DNA of 64,000 bases, from the NCBI GenBank assembly GCA_964633905.1, contig CAZWIT010000003.1:3193-67192 (forward strand), written 5' to 3'. Both the position numbers and the translations under genes were made by a program. Every line of letters begins with the position of its first letter. Within the stretch, counting starts at the first letter, position 1. This stretch comes from an uncultured Gammaproteobacteria bacterium. GTDB lineage: Bacteria > Patescibacteriota > Patescibacteriia > UBA1558 > GWA2-36-10. Under the pieces are notes generated by a model that saw only the letters and a list, made by a program, of their open reading frames with translations, was not told where the DNA came from and searched no databases. This document shows positions 9,645-18,239 of the stretch, piece after piece.

Positions 9645-10985
9645 TTAAAATCGTAATAATTTATTTAAATCACCAATGGTATTAAACTCTTCTAAGGTCA
9701 AAACTTGTTCACCTGTCTGTGTGCGTTTGCCAATTAAATTGGAAATTTCTTGACCCTGCATCAAACTGTTAGCCCCTAATTCCAAATATTGTTGATAAAC
9801 AGGACTCTGGCGCCAGGCTGCAATACCAGCTGCCTTTTTGCTCACTGAATCTTTTTCTAAAATAGCAATCTTTTCGTAAATTCTTTGTGCTCTAGAACTA
9901 GCATCAATACCTAGACGACGAAAATTATCAATGCTCATATTAGCTAATTCATCAACCGGACCAACTAAAACGTGTTTTACTGGCACTTTAGCGGGAGCCG
10001 GCGCTTGAGTAATTACATCGTGCAATTTAGCTTTAGCTGTATTTACATTTTGTGGCCTAATTACCTTTGGTAAACTAGGCGAACTGGCTATAGTTGTCTC
10101 TTTTTCTACTTCTTTGACTGGCTCAATAAGCGGTGCTGCTTTTGGCTCTGAGGCCACAACTGGCTTAATGTCTTTGTTTTCAGGAATAGACTCTTGATTA
10201 ATAACAGGCGCTTCGCTTTTGATTATCGGATCTGCTGGCTTGACTGGCCTTGTTTCTGGCATAGCAATCACTGGTGCCAGCACTGGCACAAAATCTGTTT
10301 TTAAAATAGCAACATTCTTTGGTTTTATTTCCAGCTTGGCAAAAGACTCTTTAATGCTATTTTTATGATCTATTTCATTAGCCTTAATAACTAGGCCTCC
10401 CTCTTTTTCAATATTAGCTTTAATGGTTTTAACAAGTGATAAAATAATATCGATGATTTTAGCGTCTATTATTTTATTATTTACAGTAAGCTTACTTAAA
10501 TATTCTCTAACAATAATGCTGTTCTTACGATTACGAAAAAAATCATACAATAAATCAGAAAATAATTGCCGATTATATTGATCTAGATTCAAAGTTTGTT
10601 TTTCTAGGAGCTTGTTGACTATTTTTTCTAAACTATATTTTTTACTATCATCAACAGCTGTTTTTATTGCTGCCTCCTGCAAATGTCTCTCGTCATCTGG
10701 ATGAAAAGCATGCTTAGCCTTATCTCGTGGCTTACCACCTAAACTAAGTAGATAAAAACTATCGTCTTTAGGAGCTACATAAATAGTCGGCAAAATATTT
10801 TCCGCTATTTCAATATCGTCTGACGCAGAATTACTTACTGCCGAAGCATCAGGAACTGTCACCATTACGTCTTGAGCCTGGTGCCAAGACTGTAGTTTAC
10901 CAGTCTGATCCTTGACTAACAGATCATCAAGCCAAGAACTATTTCGAGCTGAAGCATTATTGTTATTATTCAATCCTGATGGCAT
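9645..10985 (-). CDS. Hypothetical protein heading the T4SS-like operon
   Basis: 446-aa ORF with Pro/Glu/Lys-rich linker and globular C-terminus (LVGPVDEL...WRQSPVY). 3-bp gap to the PrgI gene. Confidence 0.7.
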   Translation of the reverse strand: MPSGLNNNNNASARNSSWLDDLLVKDQTGKLQSWHQAQDVMVTVPDASAVSNSASDDIEIAENILPTIYVAPKDDSFYLLSLGGKPRDKAKHAFHPDDERHLQEAAIKTAVDDSKKYSLEKIVNKLLEKQTLNLDQYNRQLFSDLLYDFFRNRKNSIIVREYLSKLTVNNKIIDAKIIDIILSLVKTIKANIEKEGGLVIKANEIDHKNSIKESFAKLEIKPKNVAILKTDFVPVLAPVIAMPETRPVKPADPIIKSEAPVINQESIPENKDIKPVVASEPKAAPLIEPVKEVEKETTIASSPSLPKVIRPQNVNTAKAKLHDVITQAPAPAKVPVKHVLVGPVDELANMSIDNFRRLGIDASSRAQRIYEKIAILEKDSVSKKAAGIAAWRQSPVYQQYLELGANSLMQGQEISNLIGKRTQTGEQVLTLEEFNTIGDLNKLLRF

Positions 10986-11009
10986 TATATTTTAGCTATT
11001 ACGCTCTTC

Positions 11010-11141
11010 ACCCTGTTAAATAGTCCCTGCTTAAGCTGGGACTCCCGCTAATAAAACTTTGTGAGTTTGTTTTAAATTTAGGGTAATAATTTTATTAATT
11101 TTTTATGATGAAAGCAATAAGATGGCGGGATTTAACAGGGT
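11010..11141. mobile_element. MITE/REP-like inverted-repeat element, copy 1 (132 bp)
   Basis: ACCCTGTTAAAT 11010-11021 / ATTTAACAGGGT 11130-11141. Internal hairpin AGTCCC..GGGACT and stem CCCGC..GCGGG. Confidence 0.7.
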
Positions 11142-11177
11142 TAATTATAACATATTTTAGCCTCCATCGCCAATAAC

Positions 11178-11205
11178 AAAACCCAGCTGCTCGAGAGCAG
11201 CTGGG
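11178..11205 (-). terminator. Intrinsic terminator after efp
   Basis: CCCAGCTGC-loop-GCAGCTGGG stem followed by Ts on the minus strand. Confidence 0.7.
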
Positions 11206-11238
11206 AGTGTCCAGTTTTTATATTGTATATATTAAATT

Positions 11239-11796
11239 TTAAGCTCTAGAGACGTATTCACCACTTTCAGTATTGATAATTATCTGATCGTTGGCTTTGA
11301 CAAACATCGGCGTTCTAATTTCTAAACCGTTTTCAAGGGTTACTACCTTAGTAACTGCCCCGGCACTATTACCTTTTACTCCTTCTGGAGCAGATACAAC
11401 TGTAAAAGTCATCTTAGTTGGTAATTCAATGCTGATTGGCTTATTATTAAAAATCAAAACATCTACTTCTTGGCCTTCTTTTAAATACTTTACAGCATCG
11501 CCAAGATTATCTTTATCAAATTGAAATTGTTCAAAATCTTCATTATTCATGAAAAAATAATCATCCCCTTGTTGATAAAGAAAATTAGCCTTAGAGTGAG
11601 CCATATCAGCTAATTCTACAGTGTCTGAACCAGAAAAAGTTTTTTCTAGAGTATTACCGCTAATCAAATTTTTCAACTTAGTCTTAACAACTGCCCCGCC
11701 TCTGGCTACTTTAATGTGTTGATTAAAGACAACCTGATAAGGCTCATCATTAACGACTAAGACTTTGTTTAATTTTAAATCACTTAATGATCCCAT
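11239..11796 (-). CDS. efp: Elongation factor P
   Basis: KOW loop HIKVARGGAVVKTKLKNL, C-terminal PEGVKGNS...IIINTESGEYVSRA. Confidence 0.96.
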   Translation of the reverse strand: MGSLSDLKLNKVLVVNDEPYQVVFNQHIKVARGGAVVKTKLKNLISGNTLEKTFSGSDTVELADMAHSKANFLYQQGDDYFFMNNEDFEQFQFDKDNLGDAVKYLKEGQEVDVLIFNNKPISIELPTKMTFTVVSAPEGVKGNSAGAVTKVVTLENGLEIRTPMFVKANDQIIINTESGEYVSRA

Positions 11797-11800
11797 AACT

Positions 11801-12019
11801 TTATCTGGCTACATAAGGTAAAATGGCCATAAAACGAGCGCGTTTAATGGCTTGAGCTAATTTACGTTGATGTTTAGAACAAACACCATTACGTCTTTTG
11901 GGAGTAATCTTGCCATAAGAAGAAATAAATCTCTGCAAGGACTGCCAATCTTTATAATCAATTTCATCAACATTATTTACACAAAAGAAACAATGTTTTT
12001 TATCTAATTTAACATGCAT
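11801..12019 (-). CDS. rpsR: 30S ribosomal protein S18 (Zn-binding type)
   Basis: CFFC...IDYKD...CSKHQRKLAQAIKRARFMAILPY. Confidence 0.97.
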   Translation of the reverse strand: MHVKLDKKHCFFCVNNVDEIDYKDWQSLQRFISSYGKITPKRRNGVCSKHQRKLAQAIKRARFMAILPYVAR

Positions 12020-12039
12020 AAAATTAAAATAATAAATTT

Positions 12040-12510
12040 TTAAAAAGGAATATCTTCTAAACTAATTTCCTCTTCGCCAATATTTGATCCACCATCCATA
12101 GGCGGTACTTGGCTATAATCATTAGAGCGCTTTGGAGCACTGCTAGCATTATCACTAAAATTACTAGCCCCGTTACCAGTACCCATCTTATCTAACATAA
12201 TCATATTGTCAGCAATGATTTCAGTGCGATAACGTTTGATGCCATTAGGATCATCCCAAGAACGGGTTTGCAAACGACCTTCAATATAAATCTTGCTACC
12301 CTTTTTGACGTATTGATTGACAATTTCAGCAAGTCTACGCCAAGCTACAATATTATGAAATTCAGCTTTTTCTTGCTTTTGGCCAGCTGCATCCTTCCAA
12401 GTAAAATTAGTAGCAATCGCAAAAGAAGTAACATTTTGACCACTGGGAGTTGTGCGCATCTCTGGATCACGAACAACGTTACCAATAATCATAACCTTGT
12501 TTAAATTCAT
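12040..12510 (-). CDS. ssb: Single-stranded DNA-binding protein
   Basis: LNKVMIIGN, EGRLQTRSW, acidic tail ending DIPF. Confidence 0.97.
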   Translation of the reverse strand: MNLNKVMIIGNVVRDPEMRTTPSGQNVTSFAIATNFTWKDAAGQKQEKAEFHNIVAWRRLAEIVNQYVKKGSKIYIEGRLQTRSWDDPNGIKRYRTEIIADNMIMLDKMGTGNGASNFSDNASSAPKRSNDYSQVPPMDGGSNIGEEEISLEDIPF

Positions 12511-12520
12511 ATATTTACTA

Positions 12521-13045
12521 TTAATCTAAATTAGGTTCCTTAGTTAAAATTTCATCCAATTTTTTATCAATATCGTCCAAACTTAAAGTTGGCTGACCTT
12601 TGGACTCTTCTACTTTCTTAGTAGCTGAAGCAGTACTTCTGTGACTAGTTGTTCTAGCAGTAGTAGTAGTGGAGGTTTTTTTAGGACGACGAGTTAAGAC
12701 CTCTGGCTTACTAGCGTTCATTAACTTAGCAATTAAATTAGCAGGAGTTGGTTTATCCTTTTTTAATACTAAGTGACGTAAAATTTCTGGATTATGTTTT
12801 AAACTTAAATCCAGTTGTTTTAAATTAGCCTTATCTTCAGTCTCTAGGCTAAAATCTAAAAAAACATAAAAACCATGTTTTTGTGTTTTAATGGGATAAC
12901 TTAGTTTGCGACGACCCAAAAGGTGCCAATCGCCTACTATTTTGGCGCCGATATTATTCAAATATTCGGCTACTGTAGTCTGAATGCGTGCCTGATCATT
13001 TTCTGGCACCACTGGACTAACAATAAAAGATAGTTCGTAGTACAT
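12521..13045 (-). CDS. rpsF: 30S ribosomal protein S6 with C-terminal extension
   Basis: YYELSFIVSP, LGRRKLSYPIK, ILRHLV; rpsF-ssb-rpsR synteny. Confidence 0.93.
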   Translation of the reverse strand: MYYELSFIVSPVVPENDQARIQTTVAEYLNNIGAKIVGDWHLLGRRKLSYPIKTQKHGFYVFLDFSLETEDKANLKQLDLSLKHNPEILRHLVLKKDKPTPANLIAKLMNASKPEVLTRRPKKTSTTTTARTTSHRSTASATKKVEESKGQPTLSLDDIDKKLDEILTKEPNLD

Positions 13046-13148
13046 TATTATGACTATTAATTACCCTAGTTTTTAATAATTAGGGATCCTTTAAAATTAA
13101 ATTTAAAGAATGTGGTTAATCAAATTGTCCAATAATTTGGACTTCGAA

Positions 13149-13177
13149 ACTCTACCATAAAAATTATACTAAGTCAA
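13149..13177 (-). promoter_or_regulatory. Sigma70-type promoter of rpsF-ssb-rpsR-efp
   Basis: TTGACT-17 bp-TAGAGT on the minus strand. Confidence 0.6.
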
Positions 13178-13224
13178 GACTAGCTGTCATTGCTTAAAAA
13201 GCATTTTTTTACTATTATTTATAC

Positions 13225-14412
13225 ATGTCAAAATATATTTTCATCTTAGGCCAAGCCAGTGATTTAAGTAGAGCTGAAATTTTTAGTCTCTACAAAAATA
13301 TTACTAATATTAGCGAAAATATCCTAATGTTAGAGGCTAAACTAGACCCTAAAATAACTTTAAAAAAACTAGGTGGCACTATTAAAATTGCCGAGTATTT
13401 AAAAACTATTGACGATTTAGAAGAGCTGACAGCTACTTGGTGGTCTGAGCAGCTTAATATTTCTGAAGATAAAGGTAAAATCAACTTTGGCTTTAGTCTC
13501 TACAACGATCACCAAAAAAATTATCAAAAAATTACTAAAATTGCTCTAGCTACTAAAAAAAATTTAAAAATAAAAAACCTTAGTTGCCGCTTAGTAGTTG
13601 GACGCGAAGCTATTTTATCATCTGTCATTGTAGCTAAAAATAAATTAATCGACCGCGAATTACTAATTATCAAAGATAATGGTAAATATATTTTAGCCCA
13701 AACTAAGGCTGTGCAAGATTTTGAAGATTATAGCCAAAGAGATATCAATCGCCCCATCAGAGACGACCGCTCTGGCATGTTGCCAATCAAAGTTGCTCAA
13801 ATGATGTTAAATTTAGCTGGCACAAAACTAACTGAAAATATACTTGATCCTTTTTGTGGTTCAGGCACAATTTTACAGGAAGCAGCTTTAGCGGGTTACC
13901 CCACTATCTATGGCAGTGATATTAGTGCTGACACCACCCGCTCTGCGCAAGAAAATATTAACTGGCTACAAAAACAACTAAATAAAACTAGCCAAATTAT
14001 TCTAAAAACTACTAGCGTCGAAAATTTAAGCCAGCATTTCAAAAAACAATCAATCGACTTAATAGTTAGTGAGCCCTTTATGGGCGAGGCTCGCTTGATA
14101 AAACAAAATCACCGTCCCGAGACAATTTATGATATTGCTCAAGATCTAAGCCAATTGTATATTAAGGCTTTTCAACAATTTAAAATTGTTTTAAAACCAA
14201 ACGCTAAAATTATTTTTATATTTCCTATTTTTAAAATTGGTAAAGAATACATTTATACTTTACCACAAGCTCAAATCAAAAAAATTGGTTTTAAGCCAAT
14301 TTTTAGTGCTGCTACTTTAAATTATCCTTCCAAAAATGGCAACATTATCTATGCTCGACCTGAACAAATAGTTCAAAGAGAAATTGCTATTTATTCTATC
14401 CAAGCTAATTGA
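13225..14412 (+). CDS. Trm11/UPF0020-like SAM-dependent RNA methyltransferase
   Basis: GMLPIKVAQMMLN, ILDPFCGSGTI, IVSEPFMG; THUMP-like N-terminal half. Confidence 0.78.
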   Translation: MSKYIFILGQASDLSRAEIFSLYKNITNISENILMLEAKLDPKITLKKLGGTIKIAEYLKTIDDLEELTATWWSEQLNISEDKGKINFGFSLYNDHQKNYQKITKIALATKKNLKIKNLSCRLVVGREAILSSVIVAKNKLIDRELLIIKDNGKYILAQTKAVQDFEDYSQRDINRPIRDDRSGMLPIKVAQMMLNLAGTKLTENILDPFCGSGTILQEAALAGYPTIYGSDISADTTRSAQENINWLQKQLNKTSQIILKTTSVENLSQHFKKQSIDLIVSEPFMGEARLIKQNHRPETIYDIAQDLSQLYIKAFQQFKIVLKPNAKIIFIFPIFKIGKEYIYTLPQAQIKKIGFKPIFSAATLNYPSKNGNIIYARPEQIVQREIAIYSIQAN

Positions 14413-15626
14413 TTATTGATCAGGTGCAGACCGCGCCACTTTAAAACACCCTCTTTTTGGTCAAGATAAACAACTTGTCCAGATTTGGGCCAAATATTAG
14501 TTAGATAAAAAGCCGCTACAGTTGATTCATCTTCGGCGAGCTTCATTTTCTCTTCCAAAACCATTTCTAAAAATAAACGCCGACTAATCAGCTTATCCTG
14601 ATTATTGTCTAACCAAGCAGCTAAACTATTACCATAACGAACAGTAATAAATCTTTTTAAGATATTACGAAAACGATTATCCTCTATAAGCAGAGCATCT
14701 AACACTTTTTTTTCAGCTAAAACCTTTAGACAGGTTAAAATTTTAGTTCTATCTTGCACACCTAAAGCTTGCCACAAAACATCTCTTAATTTAAAAATAT
14801 CATTACCAGCCTCTGACATAATAAAATCGGTTGGCAAAACCACGCTTTCAATTTGTTTAAGATTTTTTTCTAGATTTTTAACAGCTGCTTCCAAGTCAAC
14901 TTCTTTGGATTTATTAACATTTTGATCTTCAATAACTTTAGCAGTCAAAAATCCGTTAAGCAATTGCCACCATAAAATAACATTATCATCATAAGAAAGT
15001 AAAACATTGCGCAGACTTTCTTTTTCTTCACTACTCAATTCTAAAGCATTGGGAGCTTTAGCTAAATATTGAGCCCTTTGTAAAGAATTATGATAGCCAG
15101 CTCCTAAAAAGTGAACGTAATCCTGCAGCCAATTATCAAGCGAAGGCAAAAGCATACGGCCATCTTGGCTGTATATTTTTTTACCGGATAAGCGTAAATC
15201 TTTAAAATCATCATACTGCAAAAGAAGCTGCCTAACCATGCCCTTGATCTCTCCTGGAAAAGACTTTGTTTGATTTACAGAGCCCTTTAAATGCTGCGGT
15301 AAGGGCACTTTGCCGCCTAAGCGCAAAATTAAACGGTCAACACTAAATAAATAATCTTGAATTGGCCATAATAATTTAGTGGCAATTTGCAAAGATAATA
15401 AACGTAAATCTAAAATTTCTGCCCTTGGTATTTTAGCTAAACGCTGAGGCAAATCTAAAACATCTATTTTTTTCAAAAATATTTGGTCCTCTAGCTCACT
15501 GATAAAATCTAGTTGATCAGCATCCAGACTAAACTGCGAAACTAATTCTTGATTAATATTATCTAATTTGTACCAGACAAAATCTTGAATTGCTTCTGGC
15601 AATGTTAACCATTGCTCTCTGTCCAT
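14391..15626 (-). CDS. Hypothetical protein downstream of the VirB6-like gene
   Basis: 411-aa soluble helical ORF; no motif recognised. Confidence 0.7.
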   Translation of the reverse strand: MDREQWLTLPEAIQDFVWYKLDNINQELVSQFSLDADQLDFISELEDQIFLKKIDVLDLPQRLAKIPRAEILDLRLLSLQIATKLLWPIQDYLFSVDRLILRLGGKVPLPQHLKGSVNQTKSFPGEIKGMVRQLLLQYDDFKDLRLSGKKIYSQDGRMLLPSLDNWLQDYVHFLGAGYHNSLQRAQYLAKAPNALELSSEEKESLRNVLLSYDDNVILWWQLLNGFLTAKVIEDQNVNKSKEVDLEAAVKNLEKNLKQIESVVLPTDFIMSEAGNDIFKLRDVLWQALGVQDRTKILTCLKVLAEKKVLDALLIEDNRFRNILKRFITVRYGNSLAAWLDNNQDKLISRRLFLEMVLEEKMKLAEDESTVAAFYLTNIWPKSGQVVYLDQKEGVLKWRGLHLINNQLAWIE

Positions 15627-15649
15627 TTTTTATTTTTAATTTTAATATT

Positions 15650-18220
15650 TTAAGCTTCTTCGTCTTCAGCGCTACTATCCTCAGCGCTACTTGTTGTAGA
15701 TTTTTTAGATGCAACTGTACCAGTTTCTTCAAACTCGGCAAAAGCAGCCTTTAAACCTTCATCACTAGGAGCACTCTTTTTCTTAGAGCCAGACTTGCTA
15801 GCATCTGGGCCAGTTTTTGGATAGGCTGTATTGCGCACAATACTGTTAACAGCTAAGCCTGATTTTTCAAGAATACCCACAAAAGTTTGCAACATTTTCT
15901 GGTCTTTATTGGCTAACATAAATTGCTTTTGTTGTTCGCTGCTAGCTCGTCTAGCATATTCAACCATTAATTTATAATCATCTGACCCCTCAACATTCAT
16001 CTCGGGCATATCAGCTAAATTTAAATTACCAAAATCAGCCTTAGCAACTACGGAATCCCACAGTTTCTTACGTAAACCATTATTAACATCTTCAATAGCT
16101 GTTTTTTCTTCATCTGTTCTAGCACTAGCTAAGGCCCTACTAACAACTTCCTCAATCCTATCTGTAACATCACCCGGATTAAAGACACCAGCCACGCTAG
16201 CCATCTTAACAGCTGCATTATCAGCATTAGCTTTGATATCTAAATTGCCAGCTGCATCCGTGGCGATATTGCCATCTTTGTCTCTTTTTATCACATCTGA
16301 ACTATCATCTTTAATTGCATCAATATCTACCTTCATTTCTTTCATGGCAGCTTTGGCCGCTTTTTGAGCAGCTTTGTCCATCTTTTTCAAAGCATCAACA
16401 ATTTCTGTATGCGCCACTTTACTAGCTGGATCTAACAAAGAACTTATCAAATGCTTAAAGCCTTCGGTGGTACTACCATCTTCATCAGTAATACTCTCGG
16501 ATCTTAAGTTTTCTAAAACTTTAGCACCTTTATCTTTGACTGCTTCATCAGCTTCAGCAGCATTATAAGCATTAGCATAGCGCGATTGTAAATTTTTAAT
16601 TGCTTCTTCATTGCCACCCTTACGCAAAGTTTCAACAATAGTAGTAACCTGCTGCGGATCCAACTTTCTACCTGGTTTACCCATTCTCTCTGCTAAAGCA
16701 TATTCATAATCAGTGGAGCCACCAGCTGTCATTATTCTTTCAGCCAAACGTCTTCTTTCATCAGCAGGAGTAAGCGCCATTGGCCGTCGGCGCGATCCAT
16801 AGCCACCAGCACCAGCCCGAGAACGCAAATATTCTTCGCGATACCTTTCTGGTATAGCTGCTAATTCTCTCTTTAATCTTTCATCCCTTCTACGCTCATC
16901 AGCACCACGTATCTGCATTGCCCCGCTTTGTAAAAATCTACCAGCGCCAGGCACTTTACCTAAGGCCCTTGCCTTACCTTTTTCATCAATAGCGAATCCA
17001 GCCAATTGACCACTCAATTTACCTTTAACAGCGCCTGCGCGAGCACTAATCTCACCACCCAACATCTTATAGCCACCAGAATAAGCTGATTCAAAACGGC
17101 CAATGGTTTGACGAGCAACCCCTTTATTAACATTACTAGCATAAGATTCCAGCTTACCTAAGCCTGATCGTGCTATACCAGCGCCAGCTGTGCCTGATTG
17201 TGAGGCAAATTTTAAACCAGAAACAAGTAAGGCTATTGCTACAATATAATTTAAAAAAGAATCAACGGTAGTGCCTTTGGTTGGGCCACCACCACCTAAA
17301 CCTTCTTCAATAGTAGAATTATTACTACCAGCTCTTACTTCTGTTTTTTTCAAATTAGCCCTCAAATCCTCCTTTACTATTTTTGTAGAAACATCGCCGT
17401 TGCCAGTAATAGTAAAAGTCAACCACAAGAAAAAAGCTAAAGCTGGACCAATTATCAAACTCTTAGTTAATTCTTGCTCCCATTCATTATAATATTTTTT
17501 AGTTTGCGGATAAGCATAAGCTAAAAATGCTAAAGGCGATAAAATAGTTAAAATCCAAAGAGTAACAATACGCAATACCAGCATCAATAAAAAGATGCCA
17601 ATCAAAACTACTGCTACGATCAACATAATACCGCCCAAAAATACGGCTGATATAAAAGAAGACCAAGTAACACCAGCGCCATCACGATTTAAAGAGTCTA
17701 AATTCAAGGTATTATGAAGACCTAAAGCTGATTGGAAACTACCAGCGGCCACATCTTTCCAAGCCGCCACAAAAGTCAACATAATAATCTGGACAAAATC
17801 AACTGCCAAACCAATAATAGTGCGACTAAAATTAATTAAAATTGCCATTATCAAAATACTGGAAAGCAAGTTTTTATAACCATAACCTTTAAGTTGTAAT
17901 ATTGTACCAAAAGACATAATAAGCAAAAGGACAATAAAAAACATATTGGCCAAATCACGTAAAATTTTCCAGGTTTCAACTACTTTTTCTTCACGGACAA
18001 AATCGCCATATTGAGCAACAATAGGTAATAAAACCATTTCTAGTTGCATAATCAAAACAAAAGGCCAAAATAAAGTCCAGTAAATAATACTGCCAACAAA
18101 CTCTGCCAATTTGTCAATCATACCAGCTGAAGCGCCTAATGGTAATAAAAGTAATATTAAAAATATTGCTATAATACCGACCTTTTTAGGTGAAGAAAGT
18201 GATAAAGATTTTATGGTCAT
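15650..18220 (-). CDS. VirB6/TrbL-like polytopic membrane protein with long charged C-terminal tail
   Basis: WKILRDLANMFF, AILINFSRTI, RIVTLWILTILSPLAFL, Gly/Ala-rich stretch after the last TM helix. Confidence 0.75.
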   Translation of the reverse strand: MTIKSLSLSSPKKVGIIAIFLILLLLPLGASAGMIDKLAEFVGSIIYWTLFWPFVLIMQLEMVLLPIVAQYGDFVREEKVVETWKILRDLANMFFIVLLLIMSFGTILQLKGYGYKNLLSSILIMAILINFSRTIIGLAVDFVQIIMLTFVAAWKDVAAGSFQSALGLHNTLNLDSLNRDGAGVTWSSFISAVFLGGIMLIVAVVLIGIFLLMLVLRIVTLWILTILSPLAFLAYAYPQTKKYYNEWEQELTKSLIIGPALAFFLWLTFTITGNGDVSTKIVKEDLRANLKKTEVRAGSNNSTIEEGLGGGGPTKGTTVDSFLNYIVAIALLVSGLKFASQSGTAGAGIARSGLGKLESYASNVNKGVARQTIGRFESAYSGGYKMLGGEISARAGAVKGKLSGQLAGFAIDEKGKARALGKVPGAGRFLQSGAMQIRGADERRRDERLKRELAAIPERYREEYLRSRAGAGGYGSRRRPMALTPADERRRLAERIMTAGGSTDYEYALAERMGKPGRKLDPQQVTTIVETLRKGGNEEAIKNLQSRYANAYNAAEADEAVKDKGAKVLENLRSESITDEDGSTTEGFKHLISSLLDPASKVAHTEIVDALKKMDKAAQKAAKAAMKEMKVDIDAIKDDSSDVIKRDKDGNIATDAAGNLDIKANADNAAVKMASVAGVFNPGDVTDRIEEVVSRALASARTDEEKTAIEDVNNGLRKKLWDSVVAKADFGNLNLADMPEMNVEGSDDYKLMVEYARRASSEQQKQFMLANKDQKMLQTFVGILEKSGLAVNSIVRNTAYPKTGPDASKSGSKKKSAPSDEGLKAAFAEFEETGTVASKKSTTSSAEDSSAEDEEA

Positions 18221-18239
18221 AATATAATAAAATTATAAG

